A stretch of DNA of 64,000 bases, taken from positions 62,001 through 126,000 of the forward strand of contig DF237053.1 of NCBI GenBank assembly GCA_000708835.1, read 5' to 3'. Below the pieces are notes generated by a model. The model searched no databases and was not told the DNA's origin. It was given only the letters and a program-made list of their open reading frames with translations. Origin of the DNA: Klebsormidium nitens. Its lineage: Eukaryota > Plantae > Klebsormidiophyceae. The translations under genes and the position numbers were made by a program. Shown here one piece after another: positions 45,838 through 56,691 of this stretch. Every line of letters begins with the position of its first letter. Positions within the stretch are counted from its first letter, which is position 1.

Positions 45838-48500
45838 ATGGACACGTTGTTTGGGATCGTTGGGGATGGATTTGTCCTGTTGGCGTCAGACACGTCCCAG
45901 GTTCAGAGCATAGTGCTGCAGAAAACGGACGAGGACAAGATCATGATCCTGGACGAATTCAAGCTGCTGGGGACAAGTGGGGAGACAGGAGACAGGTGAG
46001 CTGCCAAATTTTTGGTAGCTTATACCAGCCACTCTTAACGAGCTCATTTGTGTGCTTTGTGTTACCAGCTTTTCTGTCACTTCATTGCTGGGACATTCCA
46101 GTTTGATTCTCTGGGATGTTGTACAATCTCCATGGTCAAAGCGTCCTTCAAGTGGTTCGGTTGTGCAGGTGTTTGTTTGTTTGAAAGGGGGTTGTCTGTG
46201 AAGGTTGAGGTTTATGTGCCGTAACACTTTGCACTTTCATCACTGGCTGCCACCACTTAGTGCCACGTTCAGAAATGCCACGTTCACACGCCCTTTTAAG
46301 CTAAATCGCTTGCGCTTTGCAAGGCCCCTCTGTCCTCTCATGAGTCTCAAAAAGTTCATTTGCAGAAGATTTCTGCACATGCGATTTCGCAATGGACCTC
46401 TGTTGACGGATTGCTGCATCGGCGTGGTTGTTGGACTATCAGTGGCTGAGGTGGCGACTTGACTGGCTTCAACATAAACTCTTATATTGTTCCGTTGCAG
46501 GGTGCAATTCTCTGAACTGATTCAGAAGAACATCCATTTGTACCAGTACCGGAACGGCCTGCCTCTGTCAACTGATGGGGCCGCACACTACATGAGGGGG
46601 CAGCTCGCCACTGCCCTTCGGAAGGTGAATGCGAGAACTCTATTTGAGATATGCAGCGAATCTCCGTTAAAAGGACATTGCACCTCACTTACATCAGAAA
46701 ACTTCCTGGCTGTCGACGCTGCTGAGGTTCATGAATCTGTCTCTCATCCCTTTCCTCAAGTGTTCAGCACCTTGCATCAGTCTGGAGAGCAATTTGTTTT
46801 TGGCTGCTTCCTATCTGAGAGCAACTCAAGGCGCTACAATTAAGGCAATGTATGTTTCATTGTCCTTACGCTTAGCGCTGTCTACATCTTGTGAACGTGG
46901 CTAATATATCAAACTTTGTCTGGCAGTGCAATGTTCAACATCGACTTGTGTTCATTTCTGCAGGGGCCATACTCGGTGTTCCTTTTGCTGGCTGGCTGGG
47001 ACAAGGAGACGGGGCCGTCTCTGTACTACATGGACTATCTAGCGACTATGCACAAGCTCGACAAGGCGTCGATGGGCTATGGTAGGTCTCTTTCCGACCT
47101 GCGATTACCGTCACAGTAATCCTTGACCAAGATCTTTCGACTGCCTGAGATGCATCTTGTAATATTACAGGAGGTTTTTGGAGAGACTTGCGTAAATTGT
47201 TGTGCACGAATTGGCGACTCAGCTTTAGTGACTGGTTGTTGCGGGGTGTTTTTGCGAGTTGCCGCGTTGTGCATCAAGTTGACCCCTATAAACGCTTATT
47301 GGCAGAGTCGCGAAACTGTATCTGAAGCAAATGCTCCCCGCGTGAGAGGCGCCTCTTTTACTCTTGACGATCACGAAATTCCCTGAACACCTCAGTTTCT
47401 GACGTTGATTGTAAAAACGTTTCTTCTTCTGAATCGAATAATCTGCGCTCCAGGCGGGTACTTCATGCTCAGTCTAATAGTGCTTCCCACACTCTTGCTG
47501 ACACTCGACTTTTCCCGAACACCTGAGTTTCTGACGCTGATTTTAAGAGATGTTTATTGTCTGATCCGAGCAACTTGCGCTCCAGGCGGGTACTTCATGC
47601 TCAGTTTGATGGACAAGCACTGGAAGCCGAACCTAACCCTGGAGGAGGCGAAGAAGATTATGTACCTCTGCATCGACGAAGTGCAGCGGAGGCTCGTAGT
47701 GGCGCCCCCCAACTTCGTCATAAAGGTGAGACGTACGCGAAACTTGTGTCCCCGTGCCTTTCCACTGAGCCCCTCTGTTGATAGTCCTCTTTACGCCTTC
47801 AGCATTCGCAGCCTGGGCGAATTCTTGCAGGCGTTGTGAATCCACTTTTCTCAGACCGGTTATAGCAGCTTCCAATAGGCGGGACGAACTCCGACATGAG
47901 CCACTTACATCTTCTGGTTGCCCGTTCTAGCCAAGAGTCAAGCTGAAGTCGTCTGCTAAATTATAGATCCTTTTGGGTGCGTGCCGAGAGTCAAAGTCAG
48001 ACCTAAGCAGCACTGGGTCTACCGAATTGCTTGCTGGTTTTTGGGATCAGGCTCGAGCTGAGCGCCGTGATCGGCTTCTACCTTTTCTGCAACTTGCTCA
48101 AATTTGCAACTTATTGTGCAGCTATACAAGCTGCGGCCCGTCAGATGGGATTTTTTTGTCGCGATTGATAACGGCTTCAATCAGCCTGACGCTGTCTGAT
48201 TCCTCCTGTCCAGCTATCCACGGAGTTCCCGTTCTTTGCGATTAGCTAGCCTCTTTTGCAAGTGATGTTCAGCTCCAAGTCCTCGTTTCATTATCTGCAC
48301 AGATCGTGGACAAGGACGGCGCACGCGAGCTGGAGCGACGGGACACCGTAGTCGACGCCACAAATGTCACCACTGCGACTGCTAGTCCGGAGGCGGAGTT
48401 CATCGACGCTCCCGCTGCTGCGGCCGCAGAGGCGGGAACGAGTCAAGCGGATGCTGTAACGAAGCCACCCACGGAGTCTGAAACGAAGCCACCAACATAA
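45838..48500 (+). CDS. PBD1: 20S proteasome subunit beta type-2 (beta4, PBD); exons 45838-45995, 46501-46624, 46964-47081, 47586-47725, 48303-48500
   Basis: MDTLFGIVGDGFVLLASD, SGETGDRVQFSELIQKNIHLYQYRNG, GPSLYYMDYLATMH, CIDEVQRRLVVAPPNFVIKIVDKDG. Confidence 0.96.
47383..47605 (+). repeat. Tandem duplication (~130 bp period) spanning the PBD1 intron 3/exon 4 acceptor
   Basis: TGCGCTCCAGGCGGGTACTTCATGCTCAGT is identical at 47444-47473 and 47576-47605; the upstream intronic flanks also align. Confidence 0.95.
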
Positions 48501-49487
48501 GATTAGGTGACACTACCACTCGGCATCGTGGAAGCAGCCGTACCTCTTGTCGCTCTTTCTCTCTCTTTTGCAACTCGAGGTCCCTCGTTTTCGTGAATGC
48601 TGCGTAAGTTCATGTGCGAGGCCTCTCGCGGTCAACCAGCACCATGCACTGCTTATATGTCAGTGCTAAACCACTCCTGAACTTGTCGGACTGCATGGTT
48701 GCCGGCGTGTGCTGACGTACATCCCGGATTGTGACGGGTTGTCTGCACGTGTCAGATCTTTCGAACACCCGCCCCAGATTCATGCATAGATGGTCACTGT
48801 CCAAGGCGCTTCACATCATGCTTACCGTTTTGTCTGGGCACCATGCTTTACGCATTACGCCCGGCGCCTTGATTCAAAGAGACTGTGGTCGCTGAATGAT
48901 ATGCAGCGGCCGGCGCTTGACTGCTATAAACTGTTTTGTGCATCGACAACAACCTGATCAGGATCGGACCGCAATATTTTGATCCAAAACCCGGCGGGGT
49001 AGTCACAATTCGAGTGCCTGCATATATCTGTCATGCGCGGTGGGCCGGCCGTCGACACTGCATGGTAGCTGACGGTTAAATTGTCTGAGCTCTACCATGC
49101 GCATGAGCTTGACTGTCACTCGATCATGGGCCAGGCCGCGGCCGCCACGCTCGAGTCTTTGGACAGCATTTGTGCAGCATGCAATATGGCCGGTACAGGC
49201 CACGAATTTGTCAATTCAATCATTCATCCTTTCTCTATCTTTTCTCAACTTGTGATGCTCATGCCTTGAAGCAACCTAGTTCTCGTGAAGGTGATCCGAC
49301 TAAGATCGGATGTCTCCAAACAGGCTCCTCAATGCATGATCGAAGTTGATTAGGCTCAAGTGACTATCCGAACCGGCCAAATCATTATCACAAGCTGTTT
49401 GAACCTTCCTGCTGGCTGCACCACCACATTTTCTTAAGAGTTGTTTTCTATGCAATTCCCTAAGCGATTCGCATGCTGTGGGACGTG

Positions 49488-52400
49488 TCAGGACGGATTT
49501 TGTGGAGCCCCAGTGCCTGTCCCTGTCCCCCCTTGCCCGTTCCGCTGCGCCGCCGCGCCAAAGACCTGAAACATCTGTGTCAGCAGCTGTTGCACCTGGT
49601 CGCCCCCTACATTCACCGTGAAGACCGGCTGACCGCCCGGTTGACCTGCCCCGGGCGCTGAACCCGCCCCAGACTCCTGCTGATTTTGGCCTTGACTCGG
49701 CCCCGCGGCGTTCCCACCCCCCTGACTAGCTGGCGCTTGGCCGGAACCCGAAGCTTGACCCTGGGTTGCTCCAAACCAACCCGAAGGTTGACCCTGGTTT
49801 GCTCCGAAACCTGGAAACCCGGGAACCCCAGGGGGATCCCCCGAGCCCGCGGCGCCGTTTGCCATGGATGCGAGGGGGGTGAAGAGGTTGGCCGCCATGT
49901 TTGCGAGGCCCTGTACGTTCGGGGGGAACTGGGGCGGAGGATGGGGAGCGCCGGTTGGAGGGGGCCCTGACGAGGCCTGCAAAGTGATAATGCTTAGTTC
50001 GAGGATGGGTGGGATAGGGGGGAAGTACTGGGGAGAGCAAATGTCCGCGGAGACCTCCATCCTTTGACATGTGTCGCTAATGCGCTTTGAGTACCGCAAG
50101 GAGAGGCTTATGAGACAAGGAAGACAGCCCCTTCATGAAAGGCGAATCAAGGTACTGTAAAGAGAGCTTAAGTAAAGGAAGGGGAAGTGCAGCGTCTGCA
50201 GCCCGGAGGTGTTCTGACCGTCTTTCCTGAACTGGTCCCAACATGGAAAGGGCGGAACGGCCGACTTGTTTGACAAGCTCGGAGATCCGCCGACTGCCAA
50301 ACAGGCAAGCATATCGCCATGCAAGGAGACCCACCACAAAAGTGCACGACAGAAACAAGACAATTAAACCTGATAAAAGGTCTAAAATCCTTAGACCTAA
50401 AGACCCTTTCTCGACAAAGGAACACTTACGGAGGGCGCCGGTGGCGGCCGCTCGGGCTGCTGACGTTGCGACTGGCGCGCGAGCTTCTCCTGTGCAGCCT
50501 GCAAGCGCATGTGCAGGGGTTTATTTCCGAAGTAACCTCCGCGAAGCCTTAGAGGAAAAGCTAGTTTTCCACACGTTCTATTCAGGTGAAGACGTTCAGG
50601 ACTCGATGTGAAAGAGATCTTTCCCCATTTTGTACGTGAACCCAACCGAAACCGACGTGTAACGCCTTCTGTTCAATGAAAGAAAGCGGAAAACGGCCAC
50701 TGCTGGACAAATCAATCAAGTGGAACAATATAACCAGGTGGAAACGCCTGACTGGATGATAAGCTCAAACCCGTTGAGCATCAGTCAGAGCGAAAATGTA
50801 AGCGGTTCTTTTTATGAAAGATGACTCGACGTGCCTACGACCGTTCAAATTCTTGTCTATGTTCGCCTCGCCCGGAGGTTGGCTGACACGTTTGCTTGAA
50901 TCGTCACGGTTGTGGTTCGTTCGAGCGCACAGTGCGTCTTATGTTCTTGCAGCAATCAGCAAATTGTTGACCATCTCAGTCGCGCACTTTCGAAGCAACC
51001 TACGAGCAGAGCTTCGACGATCTTAGCCCACCTTGAGGTTCTGCTTAACTATTGCGTTCTCCGGGTCGATCTCGAGGGCTGCACAAATACAGAGAGCGGT
51101 CAGGAAGCCGGGATGGCTACTCAAGCGAGGTCGCCTGTCCGATTGCTATTCAGTTTCTTCTACCATGCCCACCTTGTGACGTCAGCAAAGAGCATGCACG
51201 GATGATCCTAGCGGCCTCATTGCGACGTCAGCACATGCAGAAGGACTGAGCAGACAAGATCGAAGCAATCAACTATAGTGAGGGGCCGTAAAGCCGCTGA
51301 GAGGAGGACCAAATCGGAACAGAGCGTGGCGACGGGTCCGTACCCAGACGCCCTCAGAGGGTCCCGAAACGTTCGGGAGGGCCATTGTTCGGTCCCTACT
51401 CAATAGTGAAAAAGCTGACGACCAACATATCTATGCGAGAATATGCGCAGAATCCTGACGAGGGCCCCCCGACAGCACGTGACGTCACGTGCTGCTTTCA
51501 GGAAGCACCTGCCTTCAAGGAACGGCCCGTCCATTGACAACATAAACGGCTCACGAAATGAAGGTGCAAACCCATTAACCCGTCCAAACGTTGCTGTCTG
51601 ATTGAAACTTCCCATGACCGAAGCATCTCTGTACCGCAACTTACTTCGCACGCGCGCTTACTTTCGGTTCCCACGTTTGAAAGCTTTCACTAATCAAGTG
51701 AATCACAATCTCACAACGTCCAAAAACTGAGTGCTCTCTACTTCGTAAGACTTGTAGTGGTGACAGACTTCTACTACCAAACGACTGGAAGTTTCCATGG
51801 GCGCCCACCTTTTAGGAAGCCCCGGTCTATGGCCGTCTGGTAGTCTCCCTTCTCGAAATAGGCCAGCCCCAGGCGGCTGTATGCGCGCGCATACCGCGGG
51901 TCAAGCTTGATGCTCTGCTCACAGTCCTTGATGGCCAGGTCGAACTGTCGCAGCTGCGTGTGTGCAGCGGCCCTGTAGGGGGGGGATGAAAAACGGGTCA
52001 TATTGGGGAGGGGGGGAGCATTTGAGGGTGAAATGTGGGCGGCTGAACAGAGAAGGACACAAGAATCAGGGATAAGTTTTGGCGAGTCCAGCTTGATGCT
52101 CTGAGTCCTTGATAGCTAAATCCAAGTAGCGCAGTTGCGTGTGGCTGCGGCCCTGGGGGGGGAGGCAAAAACGATTCAGATCGTAGGGGGAGCAGCGATT
52201 TTGCGTGGGTGATCGGGCAGACGAGGGATGCAAGAGTCACGGAGCTAATATTGAGGATTGAGCTTTTACTCTGTGCAGTTTTACCCTCCCGTACATCAAC
52301 CGTTGAATCTTCTAACCTGAGGCCGAAAAGCTCTACACAATTCGCAACGAATGAAGCGCTTCCTCGCGCGCAGGGTGACCCACATCCAAACCCTGGTGTC

Positions 52401-54760
52401 GAGTTTTCATCACAGCCTTGCAACTTCAAGGAAAGGGGGACGCAGACTGGGCAAAATATTCATGGAAACCTCTCAGAGATATTCTTGTCCTTTTTGAACG
52501 TAGTATGGCCCACGGGCTCTAAAATCACTTGTATGACTCGTCAGAGAGCAATTGGAGGTATTTGGCGAAGGCAGGATCTTTTAGCCACCAGTCTGCAGGG
52601 CACTGTCCGGCGCAGTCAAGAAGCCCTGGCTTCAAAGGCACAGAGTTCTAAAACCACCCATTGGCAGCGTTATCCAAACTTGTCGACATCATATTGCGCA
52701 CCTGTCGTCAGCGTTCTTCACAACCCACCAGAAAGACTGTGAATCAGCGCGCTCACCTGTTAGAATAGTAGATAGCGTCTGTGTCCACGAGCGAGATTGC
52801 CTGCGTGTACAGCTCGATCGCCTCGTAGAAGTGCTCGGACGACATTGCTTCGTTGCCTGCAATTGAAGAAGCGGGTTTCACATTGGAGTGGCGTGGTGTT
52901 CACCTGAAAACCGACGACGTTTTCTTGTTGGATCCTGCAGGGTTTTTGTGCCGCTTCTTTTCTGCCCTGTTGAGAATAGTTTTGATGAGCAGCTTGCACA
53001 TGAGTTAATGTGCACCACTCTCCCACTCTCTGAAAGCTTTCAAGCTGCGTCGCTCTTGACAAGGAAAAACAAGGTTAATATCTCATCAGGAATGCGAACT
53101 TTTCTGAAATATTGGCAAGCGGTCCACGTCCTTTGTCTGACGATCACAAAAGAGCTGTCCTTCAGCAATGACAGCCGTGTGATGGCCTAGCGAGATCAAC
53201 CGCATTCTCCCCGTTCATTGCCATCTTCCGACTCTGTTCCAACGCTAAACACCGAGCTCGAGCCGTGCCGCTCTGTCCGAGTTCCAAACGGATGCCCCCT
53301 CTGAGATCGGTTCTCCAAACCACTAGGTTTGTCGATTCCCGTTTTACACACCCACTTAAATCTCGGTTTCGAGGCTCCTGTCTGTAATGCTGCGTGAGTT
53401 CACACATCCCTGCCAATTTTTGCTTAAGGAATCTTGTGCAAACTTGCTTGCAACTGTCCCCTTACCCTGCTTCTTGAGTTGTTCCGCCTCCTTCTTCAAG
53501 TCCTCGCGAGCCCTGTCCCAGCTCGCACCAGCCGGCGAGGAACCTGATGTGTCCTCCTGCAAGGTGAGCATAATCTGGTGAAGTCTGGCAAGGGCAAGGG
53601 CAAGGCCTTGGTGAACAACCGGCCAAGACCAGAGCTGTTTGTACAGAACAAACATATTCGACCAGTGGACCCCCAGAGGGGAAAACAACGATTATCCGTT
53701 TCTGACATGGTTATGTACTTGGTGAAACAGAATCCTGTTCACTCCAACAGTGAGGAATTGAACAACTATGAGCAGCATCTGGAAGCCCTGGACACGTGTT
53801 GCCCGCTGCACAACTCCAAGTAAACTGTCACACTGAATCGAAGTCCATCGTCAGAAAAGCAGTCCATCGTCAGAGAAGCATCAATGCAACCTTGCGCCAA
53901 AGACTAGGACTAGGCCTGCAAGCTTTCAGATAAAAAACCACCTCATATCGCCTCATGAGTTCCACCACTATAACTCAAGATACAAAAGGCTGGTAGAGGC
54001 ACCATCCCTTCCCGACACCCGAACTTACCTTCTCTTTCTTAGCCTCTCTTCTCCTCCCTGTGCCCACAGCATCGTCACCCCCTTCTGCCTCTGCCATAAC
54101 CGCATCTTCGCCCCCCTGCTCCTTCCCACTCGTTGCAGCGCCCCCCCTTGGAGCCTCATCTGCAAGCCCCTCCGCTTGCACCGACGCTCCCGTTCCTTTC
54201 GAGCCCCGCTCTAGTTGCTGCGGCGTGGACGGCCCTTCTCCCTCCTGGGGGCTCACCTTGGTGGGTGTTGTTGGAAGCACCGAACTCTCAGGTGCACTTG
54301 GTGACTCATTTGCTGTCCGATTGTCGCCCAATAAGGCCTCCCTAGCCGCGTTTGCCCCATGCACTTCTCCTTCCAAGCCCCGCTGTTCTCCGGAGCGCTG
54401 ACCTCCACTCGCAGCATTCCCTGGTTGCTGGTCAATGCCTGGGGCGCTGGCAGTATTGGGTTCAGATTGACCGCCGTCCAAATGACGCTGTCCACTTTCC
54501 GGACGCTGCTGAGTGCTTTGTCCAAAACTCCCAGGCCCCTGGCTCAGCAGCAGCCTAAAGATGTGTGGCAAAAGTTCTGGTTGCCGGGGAGTTCCGAAAG
54601 CGGCAGGGTCGAGGCGGAAGATAGCCGCTAAACATTCGGTGGCCACGGCGAGGGACTCAGCGTCTGCGTCGGTTGCGAGCTGCAGGTTGTGCTGGAGGAA
54701 GTCGAGAAAGCTGGAGGCGATTGCCTGGCTGACGGGGTCGTCGGAGCGGAGCCTCGGCAT
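49488..54760 (-). CDS. SGTA: Small glutamine-rich TPR co-chaperone (SGTA/Sgt2); exons 54760-54029, 53556-53466, 52856-52757, 51972-51809, 51078-51032, 50498-50430, 49976-49488
   Basis: N-terminal dimerisation domain (SFLDFL...ESLAVATECLAAIF), three TPRs (AEQLKKQGNEAM, YYSNRAAAH, DPRYARAYSRLGLA, ALEIDPEN) and a G/Q/P-rich C-terminus; phases consistent. Confidence 0.9.
51473..51494. repeat. Perfect 22-bp palindrome (two G-boxes flanking TGACGTCA) in an SGTA intron
   Basis: CAGCACGTGACGTCACGTGCTG is its own reverse complement. Confidence 0.95.
51895..52200 (-). repeat. Degenerate tandem duplication of the SGTA exon 4 5' part plus acceptor
   Basis: 52152-52083 aligns codon by codon with 51972-51898; intronic flanks are also similar. 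Confidence 0.9.
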
Positions 54761-55469
54761 GGTTGCCTTGCTTGGGGGGCTGGGAAGCCCAGTTGGGTGA
54801 ACGAGGATGCGGAGAAGGGGTCTGCACATTGGAGAAGGTACGGACAGCTTCAGTTGCTCCTGAGAAGTTTCTGTGCATCTTAACAACCTAGATGTGGCAA
54901 AGTATTCTCCGGGAGGGACAATTGCAGAGCTTTGGAGTGACGCCCTAAGAGGTAAAAGCAGACAAAACCGCAGCAGAATCAGCGGCAAGACCGATAGATG
55001 AGTGAGCATGCAGCTCTAATAGGAAAAGATGTGGATTGTTCATATTAAATCCACATCAATATACATTCATATACATTCATATACATTCATATTGAATGCA
55101 GCATTTTTGTCAAAGTGGCAGTCTAGAAATCAACATGTTGAAACACAATTGTGAGCATTCTGGACACCCGCCAAGCGAGACAGAGTTTCTGAAAGGGTTT
55201 CACGAACCAAGAATAGTACTGGAACTCTTCTGCCCGACTTCGAACCCCAGGCAGGACAGAGATTGGCTCATTAATGGGCAATGCAGCTTGCTAACTGCGG
55301 ATACGTCATTGGACGTTAAAGTGAGTTGATGGTTGATGGGTGGTGCGGCAAATATGTCTTAGCAAAGGGCGAGGCAACAAGGATAAAGTCAGCATTAAGA
55401 AGTCTCACCTGCAGTACAGACTCTGTTAGACGGTTGCACTAACAAGTGTCGTCGGATGCTGTGCTTCTG

Positions 55470-56220
55470 CCCAGCAGACCTCCCGGAGTGCTGTGGCCGG
55501 TACAGATCTCGTCCCGGTCACTGGTGGAGACCAAGGCGTATCAGGGTGGTTGGAAAAGGCTCTCCGCCTCTCCGCAGAGTCGTCTCAGCCAGATTTGCGC
55601 AATGCTTCCTTCAAAGCTAAGATAAACCTGTACACAGCTTTCTGCCTTTGGCCTCAGGCCTCCTTAGGCTTCGGAGTCCTGCATGGATGGCCCCATGGGT
55701 GTGATTCACGTGGCGTTTTGTGAGTGAGCTAGCAGCCGTCCGATGGTTCAGAGAATATGTCCAGCGGTCGATGAGGATCACCAAGCACATTTCCGCATCT
55801 CATCGGACGGCTTGCAGTGCTCGAGAGCTGGCCCTGTAAGCCACACCATGTCATTCAAAATCTCTCAACGCAGCAGGTTGCATTGTGGACCCGTGGTCAG
55901 CCCGTGGTGCCAAGTCCCCAGCATGCAGAGTACTAGTGGCAACTCGCTGCACTGGCATTGGCAATGTTGGAGGAAGCTGGCATTGTAGGTTCGCGAGCTG
56001 CTCTGTCAAGCAACCATTGAGCACCAACTGCAGCTGTAGAAGGGGTCCCTGCAAAACGGTGAAGTTTTGAAAAAAATTGTAAGACATTCTGACACTACAA
56101 GAAGGATTGTAGCTGCTCTTACATAATACATTTGGACCTGGAAGAGTCAAAAGTGAAGCTTCACAGAGCATGGAGCCTTGCATTGTGCAAAACAGCCAGG
56201 CCATGCAGGGCAATGAAGGT
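55470..56220 (+). pseudogene. Decayed coding-like sequence upstream of, and possibly the former 5' part of, the WW/F-box gene
   Basis: Protein-like frames interrupted by stops, e.g. SELAAVRWFREYVQRSMRITKH and VRELLCQATIEHQLQL*KGSLQNGEVLKKIVRHSDTTRRIVAALT*YIW; appears CpG-poor. Confidence 0.4.
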
Positions 56221-56691
56221 GAGCAGCACTGGAAGATTGCTACATAGGTTGTGCATGAAGTGCAAATGGCTGCATCGAACACCATCGCTTGCAGCAAATG
56301 TTGAAACTTTCATCATAAGACAGCTGGACCACTAGGGGCCAGAAGCCATGCCTCGAAGTGTAGTCCACCTTTCAACTCATTACACTTGGTGGGATAAGTC
56401 ACAGCTTGTCAAAATTTTCCAATCTCCACAATTCATGTAGAAACAACACCTGAAGTGATAGGTAGTTCTGTCACACTCCTGATGTAAAGCCAAAACATCA
56501 GAGAATTGTGCATTCCTGTACTAACGAAACAAGCTGGTAGCAGCCAAGATAACTCGCAGCTATACTGTATAAGAATCTCTCATCAGAAAGAGGTTTTTGC
56601 ACGTTGAACCTTCCAACAGTATTGAACCTCTTCGAGTTGGTTTAGCAGTATGATGACAAAAACAAGGATGCATGTTCCTGTCTTCTCGCAG

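Larger units (their letters stand above)
15619..55092. repeat. Scattered non-coding tandem microduplications (9-19 bp units)
   Basis: ttcaaaatgagctagtt x2 (~15612-15647), ctcagttgtggcactttg x2 (~19962-19998), ttaggcatcgcgg x2 (~23557-23582), tgcgaatc x3 (~39763-39787), tgcaccgggcgcgatttca x2 (40607-40652), agtccatcgtcaga x2 (~53841-53873), atatacattc x3 (~55059-55090). Confidence 0.8.

Noticed and set aside
51455-51500. Hammerhead-ribozyme-like CTGACGA...stem...GACA...stem
   Set aside because: GAAA core is GACA, the cleavage triplet would end in G, and no stem I forms; better explained by the palindrome.
53200-53260. Possible spliced (cDNA-derived) echo joining SGTA exons 2 and 3 (EQSRK-GNE versus EQLKKQGNE)
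   Set aside because: Too short and divergent to distinguish from chance.
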